Source of the DNA: Malacoraja senta
Taxonomy: Eukaryota
DNA length: 64,000 nucleotides
Reading direction: 5' to 3'
Assembly (NCBI GenBank): GCA_038087875.1
Contig: CM075992.1
Location: 10,170,001-10,234,000, forward strand
The translations under genes were made by a program, and so were the position numbers. Below, piece after piece: positions 12,601-21,834 of the stretch. A model generated the notes under the pieces. The model saw nothing but the letters and a program-made list of their open reading frames with translations. It was not told where the DNA came from and searched no databases. Every line of letters begins with the position of its first letter. The stretch's first letter is position 1.

Positions 12601-15600
12601 ATTACGGTGCTGCTGTGTTGCAGGTTAACACGGTTTTGTTTGTCATGATCATCTGGATCTTGAGGAGTAGCATGACTGCCCTGAACGCCGATGTTTCAAC
12701 CATCAAGGATTCCAGGTACGTATGAAACCTCACAAGAAACAGGGGGAGACAGAGATCAACTATCATAGGGTTGCTGGGTCCACTCAGCTGCAGTGAGGAT
12801 ATTGATCGCTAGCCAACAATAACTGAGGAGATACTCAGCGGGTCAGGCATCATCTCAGGAGAGAAGGAATAGGTGACATTTCAAGTCGAGACCCTTCTTC
12901 AGACCCAGATTCAGGGGAAAGAGAAACGAGAGATATAGACGGTGATGTAGAGAGATATAAAACATATATATGGAACGTATATAGATCGCTTCACCCAACA
13001 CCTCCGCACAGTTCGCAATAACCAACCTGATCTCCCGGTGGCTGAGCACTTCAACTCCCCCTCCCATTCCGAATCCGACCTTTCTGTCCAGGGCCTCCTC
13101 CATGGCCAGAGTGAGTCCCACCGCAAATTGGAGGAGCAGCACCTCATATTTTGCTTGGGTAGTTTACACCCCAACGGTATGAAAATTGACTTCTCCAATT
13201 TCAGGTAGTCCTTGCTTTCTCCCTCCTTCCCCTCCCCTTCCCAGCTCTCCCACAGCCTAATATCTCCGCCTCTTCCTTTCTTTTTCCTGCCCCCCCCCCA
13301 CATCAGTCTGAAGAAGGGTCTCCACTTGAAACGTCGCTTGTTCCTTCGCTCCATACATGCTGCCTCACCCGCTGTGTTTCTCCAGCATTTTTGTCTACCT
13401 TCGATTTTTCCGACATCTGCAGTTCTTTCTTAAAAATAAATAGAACAAATGAATGATATGCAAAAATGTAATGATGATAAAGGAAACAGGCTATTGTTTC
13501 CTTCTCTCCAGTGATGCTGCCTGATCCATTGAGTGACTCCAGCTTTTTGTGTCTATCTTTGGTTTAAACCAGCATCTGCAGTTCCTTCCCTCATGTTCCC
13601 AGTTGTTTAGTTTATTGTCACGTGTACCGAGGTAAAGTAAAAAGCTTTTGTTGCATGCTATCCAGTCAGCGGCAAGACAATACGTGATTACAATCGAGCC
13701 ATTTACAGTGTACAGATACATGATAAGGGAATAACGTTTAGTGCAAGGTAAAGCCAGCAAAGTCCGATCAAGGATAGTACGAGAGTCACCAGTGAGATAG
13801 ATAGTAGTTGGACACAAAATGCTGGAGTAAATCAACGGGATCGGCAGCATCTCTGGGGAGAAGGAACGGGTGATGTTTCGGGTCGAGACCCTTCTTCATA
13901 CTTTGTGTATGTTACCACTTCTTCAGACTGAGTCGGGGAGAGGGAGACGAGAGAGACGGGAAGGAATGTAGGGGGACGGGGGGGAAATTGGGCCTGTTTG
14001 ACTGCTGGGTTGAGGTCCTCACCCTGTCTTTGTACATCACCAGGATACGGACCTTCAAGGCCATGGCCCAATTCGTTGTGTTGGGCTGCTCATGGGTCTT
14101 TGGACTTTTCCAGCTGAACAAGGACACCATCGTGTTGTCGTACATATTCACCATTGTAAACGGCTCCCAGGGAATGTTCATCTTCCTGGTCCACTGCCTG
14201 CTGAACCAGCAGGTAATCTGCTCTCACCCTCACGCTATTCTGCTCTGACTGCAACATTCACAGTATTCGGTACATTGTTCAGTACATTCTACAGCTTTAG
14301 TTTAGTTGGCTTTAGAGATACCGCGCAAAGGCAGGCCCTTCGGCCCACCCAGTCCACGCTGACCAATGATCAACACCTGCACACTATCGTAGCATTACAT
14401 GGATAGGACACAGAGAGTTGTGAGTCTGTGGAATTCTCTGCCTCAGAGGGTGGTGGAGGGCGGTTCTCTGGATGCTTTCAAGAGAGAGCTTTATAGGGCT
14501 CTTAAAGATAGGGGATATAGGGAGAAGGCAGGAACGGGGTACTGATTGTGGATGATCAGCCATGATCACATTGAATTGTGGTGCTGGCTCAAAGGGCAGA
14601 ATGGCCTACTCCTGCACCTATTGTCTATTGTCTATTGACAGAGATATGGACCAAATGCGGGCAGGTGGGACGAATGTAGCTGGGACATGTTGGCCGGTGT
14701 GGGCAAGTTGGGCCGAAGGGCCTATTTCAGCACTGTGTCACTCTATGACTCTGTGATTCTATCCTAAACATTAGGGACAATTACATTTTTTTACCATAGC
14801 CAATTAATCTACAAACCTGTGTGTCTTTGGAGTGCGGGAGGAAACAGGAGCACCCGGAGAAAACCCACATGGTCACGGGGAGAACGTACAAACTCCGTAC
14901 AGACAGCACCTGTAGTCAGGATCGAACCCGGGTCTCTGGCGCTGTAAGGCAGCAAATCGACCGCTGCGCCACCATGCCATCCTTCACCGACAACAGAATT
15001 CATCAGTTCATGAGAACAGAATTAGACCATTCGGCCCATCAAGTCCAATCTACCATTCAATCATGGCTGATCTGTCTTTCCTCTTGACCCCATAGTCTTG
15101 CCCTCTCACCATATCATTTGACGCCCGTACTAATCAAGAATCTGTCATTCTCTGTTTCAAAAATAACCAATGTCTTGGCCTCCACAGCTGTCTGTGTCAA
15201 TGAATTCCACAGATTCACCACCCTCTGGTTAAAGAAATTCCTCCTCATCTCCTTCCTAAAAGAACGTCCATTTTATTCTGAATCAATAGTTTGGAAGTAT
15301 ACAGTGGCAATGTAGGTAGGATGACACAATGACTCAGCAGGCAAGCAGCATCTCTGGAGAACGTGGATGGGTGACCTTTATGGCCCTGTCCCTCGGTACG
15401 AGTTCATTCCAAGAGCTCTCCCGAGTTTAAACAAATCAAACTCGTGGTAAGCACAGAAAATGAACGAAGCGGGTACGTCGGAGCTCGGGGACGTCTCTTA
15501 ACGGCTCCTAATGCTAACGGCAGGTACTCGTGAAGACTCGCTAATGGCAGGTAAGCTCGGGAAGACTCGTGAAGATGTTTCAACATGTTGAAAAATGTTC

Positions 15601-18108
15601 ACGAGAGCCCCGAGTACTGACGAGCGGCCATTACCGTAAATCTCCGAGTTCGAATCAGGGAAAACTCGGGAGAGCTCTTGGAATGAACTCGTACCTTGGG
15701 ACAGGGCCATTAGGGTCAGGACCATTCTACAAACTGATTGTAGTGGGGGACGGGGGAGAAAACTGGAAGAGGTGGGAGGCTGGACATGTACAATACATGT
15801 ACCACATGTTAGGCAGCACAGTCCCGCAACAGTAGAGGCACTGCCTCACAGCACAAGAGACCCGGGTTCGATCCTGACCTCGGGTGCTGTCTGTGTAGAG
15901 TTTGCAAATTCTCCCTGTGGTTTTCCTCTGGGTGCTCTGGTTTCCTCCCACATTTCAAAGAAGTGTGGGTTTGTAGGTTAATTGGCCCTCTGTAAATTGC
16001 CCCCTAGTGTGCAGGGAGAGGATGTGAAATTGGGATAACATAGAAGTGCTGTGAACTGGTGATCGATGGTCGGCATGGACTCATTGGGCCGAAGGGCCTG
16101 TTTCCCCGCTGTATCTCCAAACTAAACATAGAACTAGCATGATAGACACAAAGTGCTGGAGTAACTCAACGGGTCAGGCAGCATCTCTGGAGAAAAAGGA
16201 TGGATGATGTTTCAGGACCCTTGAAACGTCACCCATCCTTATTCTCTACGGATGCTGCCTGACACACTGAGTTTCTCCAGCACTTTGTGTCTATCTTTGG
16301 TGCATACCAGGTATGTGCGGGTGTCAGAGGTTATGGGGAGAAGGCAGGATAATGGGGTTGAGAGGGAAAGGTAGATCAGTCATGATTGAATGGCGGAGTA
16401 GACTTAATGGGCCGAATGGCCTAATTCTGCTCTTAGCACCTATGAACATGAACTTATTAACATATACCGGCATCTGCAGTTCCTTTCTATACATAGAACT
16501 AGTGCGGACAGGTGATCGCTGGTCGGCATGGACTCAGTGGGCCGAAGGGCCTGGTTCCACGCTGTATCTCAAAACTTTACTTTGCTCTAACATTATTCCT
16601 TTATCATGTATCTATACACTGTAAATGGATCGATTGTAACCATGTATTGTCTTTCCGCTGACTGGATAGCACGCAACAAAAGCTTTCCACTGTACCTCTG
16701 TACACGTGACAATAAACTAAACTGAACTGAACTAAAACATTAAGTGGGCAGCACGGTGGCGCAGCGGTAGAGTTGCTGCGCCACCAGAGTTCGGAGACCA
16801 GAGTTCGATCCCAACTATGTGTGCTGTCTGTACGTTCTCCCCGTGACCTGCGAGGGTTTTCTCCGAGATCTTCAGTTTCCTCCCACATTCCAAAGACGTG
16901 CAGGTTTGTAGGTTAATTGGCTTGGTGTATGTGTAAATTGTTTCTAGTATGTGTAGGATGGTGTTAGTGTGCGGGGATCGCTGGTCGACGCGGACGGGGT
17001 GGGCCGAGGGGCCTGTTTTCTTGCTGTACCTCTAAACTAAAAATCTAAAGAACATTAATAATCTACGGTTCGCTTTCATGTCATCAGTGTACGGTCTCGA
17101 GGCGATGTTTTTGTGCTGATTTGTTTATTTACGCTGCCTTCTGTGGGCAGGTGAGGAGAGAATACTGCAACTGGTTCAACCGCATGTGCCGGAGGAAGAA
17201 GGCAGAGGCGGCAGACACCTCCTCCCCCATCGCCATCTCCCAGGTGACGGTGAGTGCCGAGGACCAAACACGCATGGTGCATCGCCGCAGTGAACCCCAG
17301 CCAGCTGCTGTGGCATGTGCTGCACTGGTGCCCCCTCTCCAATGCTTCAACACACCCCTCCATTCCTTCCACCCCTTCCTGCACCATGGCGCAGCGGTAG
17401 AGTTGTTGCCTCACAGCGCCAAAGACCCGGGTTCCATCCTGACAACGGGTGCTGTCTGTACGGAGTTTGCATGTTCTCCCTGTGAACACGTGGGTTTTCT
17501 CTGGGTGCTCCGGTTTCCTCCCACATCCTAAAGACGTGCAGGTTCGTAGGTTAATTGTCTTTGGTAAAAGATTGTAAATTGACCCTAGTGTGTGGATAGT
17601 GTTAGTGTACGGGGATCGCTGGTCGGCGTGGACTCGGTCGGCCGAAGGGCCTGTTTCCGCGCTGTATCTCTAAATTAAGCATCCTCGTAAATCTTCTCTG
17701 TGCTCAGATTATTATGATGTTTGGACATGGCAGGTAAAGTTTGTTATTTGATTTTATTCGAAGGTAGACACAAAATGCTGGAGTAACTCAGCGGGACAGG
17801 CAGCATCTCTGGAGAGAAGGAATGGGCGACCTCTTGGGTTGAGCCCCTTTTTCAGACAGATGTCAGGGGTGGGGACAGGACAAAGATAGAATGTAGGCAG
17901 AGACAGTAAGCCAGGTGGAGAACTGTGAAGTGGAAGGGGATGGAGAGAGAAAGGAAGGGCTAATTGAAGTTAGGGAAGTCAATGTTTAAACCAGCATTTG
18001 CAGTTCTTTCTTAAACATATTTGGTTTTATTCTCAGGTTTCGAAGACTGTGGATAGTCAGACAACTCAGTCGGACATTCCGTGGGTGAATATGGGCTCCG
18101 AAGGATGA
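291..18108 (+). CDS. Adhesion GPCR of the ADGRE (CD97/EMR)-like family, 5'-partial, 11 exons in window (GAIN-GPS-7TM-C tail)
   Basis: Exons 291-468, 958-1077, 2258-2448, 3915-4067, 5946-6149, 6450-6685, 7463-7529, 12624-12715, 14044-14212, 17151-17249, 18037-18108 have AG acceptors and (except the terminal exon) GT donors with compatible phases, giving a 1581-nt open frame. Motifs: LSSFALLLA (GPS/Stachel), WMLLEAVHL, CWL..GFIWS.LGP, LGCSWVFG, N..QGMFIF. The 67/92/169-nt 7TM exons are typical of ADGRE/ADGRL genes. Exact ortholog not resolved. Confidence 0.93.
697..875. mobile_element. Penelope-terminus-derived inverted-repeat element
   Basis: gatagacacaaaatgctggagtaactcagcgggacaggcagcatc and its reverse complement flank ctgaagaagggtctcgacc; same family recurs throughout the window. 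Confidence 0.7.
958..1077 (+). CDS. ADGRE-like exon (GAIN) AVDMASLQ...LLGQDNH
   Basis: cccgcag| acceptor, |gtacct donor, 120 nt, phase 1->1. Confidence 0.8.
1160..1525 (+). mobile_element. CR1/HER1-like LINE 3' fragment
   Basis: RGDLIET...RGHSLRI...FFSQRVVNLWNSLP (CR1 RT C-terminus) plus 3' UTR. Confidence 0.9.
1860..2175. repeat. Degenerate (GGGAT/GAGGT)n simple repeat
   Basis: Repeating gaggtgggat units. Confidence 0.85.
2258..2448 (+). CDS. ADGRE-like exon (GAIN subdomain B) ENALLIFLAYGDL...FNSKVATL...INITFSVKEE
   Basis: acag| acceptor, |gtgagc donor, phase 1->0; NS.V and NITF motifs of GAIN. Confidence 0.85.
2590..2922 (+). mobile_element. tRNA-derived V-SINE (HE1-like)
   Basis: A box tggcgcagcggt, B box ggttcgatcc, V-domain core, CR1-like tail ending (ctaaa)n. 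Confidence 0.88.
3030..3480 (+). mobile_element. Tx1/L1-clade LINE 3' fragment
   Basis: GLLLGLAMLAIRESRRQ...CLPLFWGYVRARLVLE resembles the Tx1 ORF2 C-terminus; A-rich tail near 3475. Confidence 0.65.
3595..3878. repeat. (GT)n-rich degenerate microsatellite
   Basis: Direct inspection. Confidence 0.95.
3915..4067 (+). CDS. ADGRE-like GPS/Stachel exon
   Basis: ttccag| and |gtgaga; CGTW...W...NKTHATCTYNTLSSFALLLAQY aligns with the GPS consensus. Confidence 0.92.
4785..5135 (-). mobile_element. CR1 LINE 3' fragment
   Basis: Reverse complement of the CR1 3' end seen at 58560-58935. Confidence 0.85.
5815..5848 (-). ncRNA. Minimal type I hammerhead ribozyme motif in Penelope-derived repeat
   Basis: Minus strand AGU CUGAAGA A GGGUC UC GACCC GAAA C GUC GCC: core, stem II, GAAA, GUC site. 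Confidence 0.7.
5946..6149 (+). CDS. ADGRE-like exon TM1-TM2
   Basis: ctcag| and |gtaacg; two hydrophobic helices, HLCLNLFLAQLLF. Confidence 0.93.
6450..6685 (+). CDS. ADGRE-like exon TM3-TM4
   Basis: ctgcag| and |gtcagt; C..HY..L.AF.WMLLEAVHL, Y..PALVV. Confidence 0.95.
7463..7529 (+). CDS. ADGRE-like 67-nt exon ECL2-TM5 (CWLTLEKGFIWSLLGPVCFVVQ)
   Basis: ttgcag| and |gtaagg; CWL..FIWS..GP motif. Confidence 0.95.
7626..7925 (+). mobile_element. V-SINE (HE1-like)
   Basis: Same structure as 2590-2922. Confidence 0.88.
8345..8662. repeat. (GT)n-rich degenerate microsatellite
   Basis: Direct inspection. Confidence 0.95.
9713..10527. mobile_element. PIF/Harbinger-like non-autonomous DNA transposon
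   Basis: Long TIRs (cccctgtccgacttaggaaacctgaacggaaacctctggaga / reverse complement at 10485-10527), TTA duplicated at 9710-9712 and 10528-10530. Confidence 0.85.
11023..11477 (+). mobile_element. 5'-truncated I/Nimb-clade LINE
   Basis: RLRLGH..L...CECG..ETVKHVFLEC zinc knuckle; (AAG)n tail; 13-bp TSD aagtgaacacact at 11010-11022 and 11478-11490. Confidence 0.85.
11571..12360. repeat. 48-bp minisatellite, about 16 copies
   Basis: Unit caccctgcttgaaatggtatgagactgcatttgaatttggtggccttg, head-to-tail. Confidence 0.95.
12624..12715 (+). CDS. ADGRE-like 92-nt exon TM5-ICL3
   Basis: ttgcag| and |gtacgt; VNTVLF...LNADVSTIKDSR. Confidence 0.93.
12985..13432 (+). mobile_element. Penelope-like element 3' fragment (GIY-YIG C-terminus plus terminal repeat)
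   Basis: Near-identical to 47150-47585. Confidence 0.85.
14044..14212 (+). CDS. ADGRE-like 169-nt exon TM6-TM7
   Basis: caccag| and |gtaatc; TFKAMAQFVVLGCSWVFG...QGMFIFLVHCLLNQQ. Confidence 0.95.
15381..15709. mobile_element. PIF/Harbinger-like MITE
   Basis: TIRs tggccctgtccc..gtacgagttcattccaagagctctcccgagttt; TTA at 15378-15380 and 15710-15712. Confidence 0.88.
16745..17045 (+). mobile_element. V-SINE (HE1-like)
   Basis: A/B boxes, V core, tail. Further copies at about 14760-14975(-), 15810-16130, 17385-17680, 31633-31780, 48770-49020. Confidence 0.85.
17151..17249 (+). CDS. ADGRE-like helix-8 exon (VRREYCNWF...)
   Basis: gggcag| and |gtgagt; VR.EY..W motif. Confidence 0.88.
18037..18108 (+). 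CDS. Probable terminal coding exon VSKTVDSQTTQSDIPWVNMGSEG*
   Basis: Pyrimidine tract plus tctcag acceptor, phase 0, TGA at 18106-18108, AATAAA at 18220-18225. Confidence 0.65.
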   Translation, partial: VSKTVDSQTTQSDIPWVNMGSEG

Positions 18109-18419
18109 GCCAGTCAGCGTCTTCAGCTCCAGACTCTTCCAGCAGTGAATCATCATTTTGTACCAACCATCCGTGAAGCCCACGGAGTTCATATTAACCT
18201 GCAGATGCTGCAAGTCTGAAATAAACACCGGAAATACTCAACAGGTCAGGCAACATCTGGAGAAAGAGGAAAGGTTAGCATTTCAGGTTGAAGACTCTTC
18301 ATAGAGTCATACAGCATGGAAACAGGCCCTTCGGCCCAACGCATCCATGCTGACCAAGATGCCCTATCTAAGATCGTCCCAATTGCCCAATTATCTTTCT
18401 CAATCTAAATCGTTCCCAT

Positions 18420-19583
18420 TAGGCTGTGGGCCGAGGAGCTTTTTCGTTCAGGTTCGTGACCCAACTCACGGAACGACCTAAATTTTTCACATATTGTGTA
18501 AAAATATTATATACATCATACCTGAAACTCGTCAAGAACAAAACCTGCACATTTTGTTTAAATATGATGAAAACCAATTTTACGAGTAGTAATTGTCCAA
18601 TCAATGCACGTTTGACATTGAGGTCGGACGCAAATTGACCAATCCCGCGCTTTGTTTTATGGTCGCAAGGGAGCAAGGACCCTGGGATCAAGGCTGCCTC
18701 CTCATTACATCAATAGCAATAACATGGTTTCCAAGTATAAAGGTAATGCTCACCTTGCTGATCATTTTGTTTTTCAATTGATTTATCTTTATAAAGTAAC
18801 GATGTGAACTGTTAAATAAAATGATAAATAACAAATGTACAGCTGGGTTAGGATTAGGGTTAGGGTCGGGATCGGGGTTAGGGTTAGGGTCAGAGTAAGG
18901 GTCAGGGTTAGGATCAGGGTTAGTGTCAGGGTCAGGGTCGGCCGGACTGTGGGAAGGCTGGTGAGTGCTGCGAGGGGTCGGTCGGGCTGTCGGCCGGCCG
19001 GTGTTGCAGCGAGCGAGTGGGCAGACTGACGGAGTCGGCGCTATGCGGGTGCTGAAGGCGGCCTGGGCTGCGTGAAAGACAATGCTGCTCGCCACCATAA
19101 TCACCACGACGATCCAGAAGGGCATGCTGGCCGAGGTGGACTCGCTGAGCGGCCACACGTACGGAGCCCGCAGCCAGTCCCAAAGCGGCTCCAGCTCCAG
19201 CCGTGGGCAGCTCTGGAAGGGGGGGGGGGTGTTACGGTTAGTATAAGGTTAGGCATTTTCCTCTCAGTGGAAGGTGCCTTAGCCTTCCTCCATCCTGGCA
19301 CTGCCCCAGTCCCACTATATAATATATAGTTTAAATAGACTGCAACACGGAAATAGGCACCCCATGGTGTAATATGGGCATTGGACACGAGATGGCGCTT
19401 ACTTTTTTAATTTCATTTTCTAATTAGTTTAATTAATTAATGTGCAACTTTTGGCACTGACGAGTTATGACTTCCTTCTCAATTATATTTTATCTAAATC
19501 TGTGCAAAATTGTATGTAGTTCCAAGACATGGGTCACGAAAGTTGATTGCTAGACACATTTTTGATGCTTGGCCCACAGCCTA
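18420..19583. mobile_element. Non-autonomous TIR DNA transposon with captured GC-rich insert
   Basis: Termini taggctgtgggcc / ggcccacagccta; imperfect TIR of about 140 bp (shared blocks ttcgtgaccca, aactcgtca, tgcacatt); a second left end at 46887. Confidence 0.8.
18845..18940 (+). repeat. Degenerate TTAGGG/TCAGGG hexamer array
   Basis: gggttagggttagggtc... variants, interstitial. Confidence 0.85.
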
Positions 19584-19595
19584 TATCAATCTCTG

Positions 19596-19596
<1 letters not shown>

Positions 19597-19655
<59 letters not shown>

Positions 19656-19855
19656 CCTAGCTCACCCTCTCTTCTGTCTCTCACTATCTTTCTCTCTCCG
19701 TCTCTCTCCCCTCTCCCTCTCCTTCTCAATCTCTCGCTCTTGTACTCTCCCATTCTCTCATTCTCTCTCTCTTCCCCCTCTCCTTCTACCCCCCAACCTC
19801 TCTCTCTCACTCCCCCACTCTCTCTCCCCCCTCTCTCTGTCTCTCTCCCTCTCCA
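19597..19855. repeat. (CT)n microsatellite and CT-rich tract
   Basis: Direct inspection. Confidence 0.95.
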
Positions 19856-21834
19856 CAGATGCCGACTGACTTGCTGAGTAATCCCAGAATGTTCAGTGTT
19901 TATTTCAGACAGGTTTAAATTAATGGCCTGCTCCTGTCTTGCAGGAGCGACGGGCTGGTACCTTGCGTGAGTGTTCGCTCTGTATCCTGGCATTCCCTGG
20001 AGTCCATGCCCAAGCGATCATTCCCTCAGTATCCCGACAATCCGTGGAGCTAATTCCTGAGTGATCATTCCCTCAGGATCCTGGCGCTCCATGCTATTTT
20101 CTGAAGCCGTCTTGTTAATTAATCTTCATGGTGTGAAAGGGTGGTTTCATAAATTCATAAGTGATAGCAGCAGAAGGAGGCCATTCGGCCCATCAAGTCT
20201 ACTCCGCCATTCAAGCATGGCTGATCTATTTCTTCCCCCCCAATCCCGTTCTCCTGCAATGTCCCCATAACCCCTGACACCCGTACTAATTAAGAATCTA
20301 TCTATCTCTGCATTAAAAATATCCATTGACTTGGCCTCCACTGCCGTCTGTGGCAATGAATCCCACAGATTCCCCAGCTTTGGTGTGGTTCATTAACTGT
20401 AGCTTTGCCTGGTTAATCTCCTCTGCGGCATCCCCTGAGCTTCCACTCAATTGACCACACAAACACAAGGAATTGCAGATGCTGGAATCTTGTTAGAACA
20501 CAAAGTGCTGGAGTAATGCAACGGGTCTGGCAGCATCTCTAGAGGACATGGATAGGTGGCGTTTCGGTTTCAGTTGAGTTGAGTTTAGTTTAGAGATTCA
20601 ACGTGGAAACGGGACCCTCATTCTCCCTGTGACCTGCGTGGGTTTTCTCCCACACTCCGAAGACCTACTGGTTTGTTGGTTAATTGGCTTGATGGAACTG
20701 TAAAAATTGTCCATAGTGTGGTTAGGATAGTGTTGGTGTGCGGGGATTGTTGGTCGGTGCGGACTCGGTGGGCCGAAGGGCCTCATTTCCATGCTGCATC
20801 TCGAAACTAAACTAAACTAAATCCGAAACGTCACCTATCCATGTTCTCCAGAGATGCTGCCTGACACGTTGCGTTACTCCAGCGGTTCATGTTCTAACAA
20901 ACCGACTAGGGGTCCGATTGCCGGTGTGGGAGAGCTGAGATTCCCCCTCCCACCCCGATGCAGGAGCTTGGTCGCCTCGACTGCCGGCTACGGGAGCCAA
21001 GATCATCCCGTCAACGGAAGGCTCGAGGCACCGGACCGTGGGAGAACAAAGAAGGGAAGAGATTGAACTTTTTTTTCACCTTCCATGACAGTGAGGAATG
21101 TGGAGGATGTTCATGTTGAAATGTATTTTATGTGTTCTGTTGCTTTCTATTGGTGTGACTATGGCAACTGAAATTCCTCATATGTTGCAAAACATACTTG
21201 GCTAATAAAGTATTATTGTATTGCATTGTGTGTATACATGTACTACCAAGTCCCTCTGCTCCACAACCCATCCCAGAATCCTATCGTTTACTGAGAAAGA
21301 TGAAAACGGTCTTGACCTACCATCTACCTCATTGGAGATCCTGAGTATATATTTTATTGGACATTACTTGCACAAAAAGTTATTCCCTTTATCATGTATC
21401 TGTACACTGTGGATGGCTTGATTGTAATCATGTACAGACTACTGTACTGGATGTACTGCGCTAACTGGATAGCACGCAACAAAAAAGCTTTTCACTGTAC
21501 CTCAGTACACGTGACAATAAACTAAACTAAAGCTATCCTGGTTTGTCTATGTTTAGGAAAGAACTGCAAATGCTGGAAAAATCGAAGGTAGACAAAAATG
21601 CTGGAGAAACTCAGCGGGTGAGGCAGCATCTATGGAGAGAAGGAGCAAGCGAAGTTTCGGGTCGAGACCCTTCTTCAGACAGAACTGTCTGAGGTTATGG
21701 GGAGAAGGAAGGAGAATGGGGTTAGGAGGGAGAGATAGATCGTGGAATATGAGCCATGACCTTGGTGAATGTCCTAGATCAGCCATGATTGAATGGCGGA
21801 GTCCACCTGATGAGCCGAATGGCCTATGAACTTC

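Noticed and set aside
18845..18940. True telomere or fusion scar
   Set aside because: Short, highly degenerate and inside a TIR element; more like intronic hexamer repeat.
19043..19220. Plus-strand reading MRVLKAAWAA*KTMLLATII...
   Set aside because: Contains a stop and shares third positions with the better-supported minus-strand frame.
19945..20070. Exon-like segment after a ttgcag acceptor (SDGLVPCVSV...)
   Set aside because: No recognisable homology and no partner exons; unsupported.
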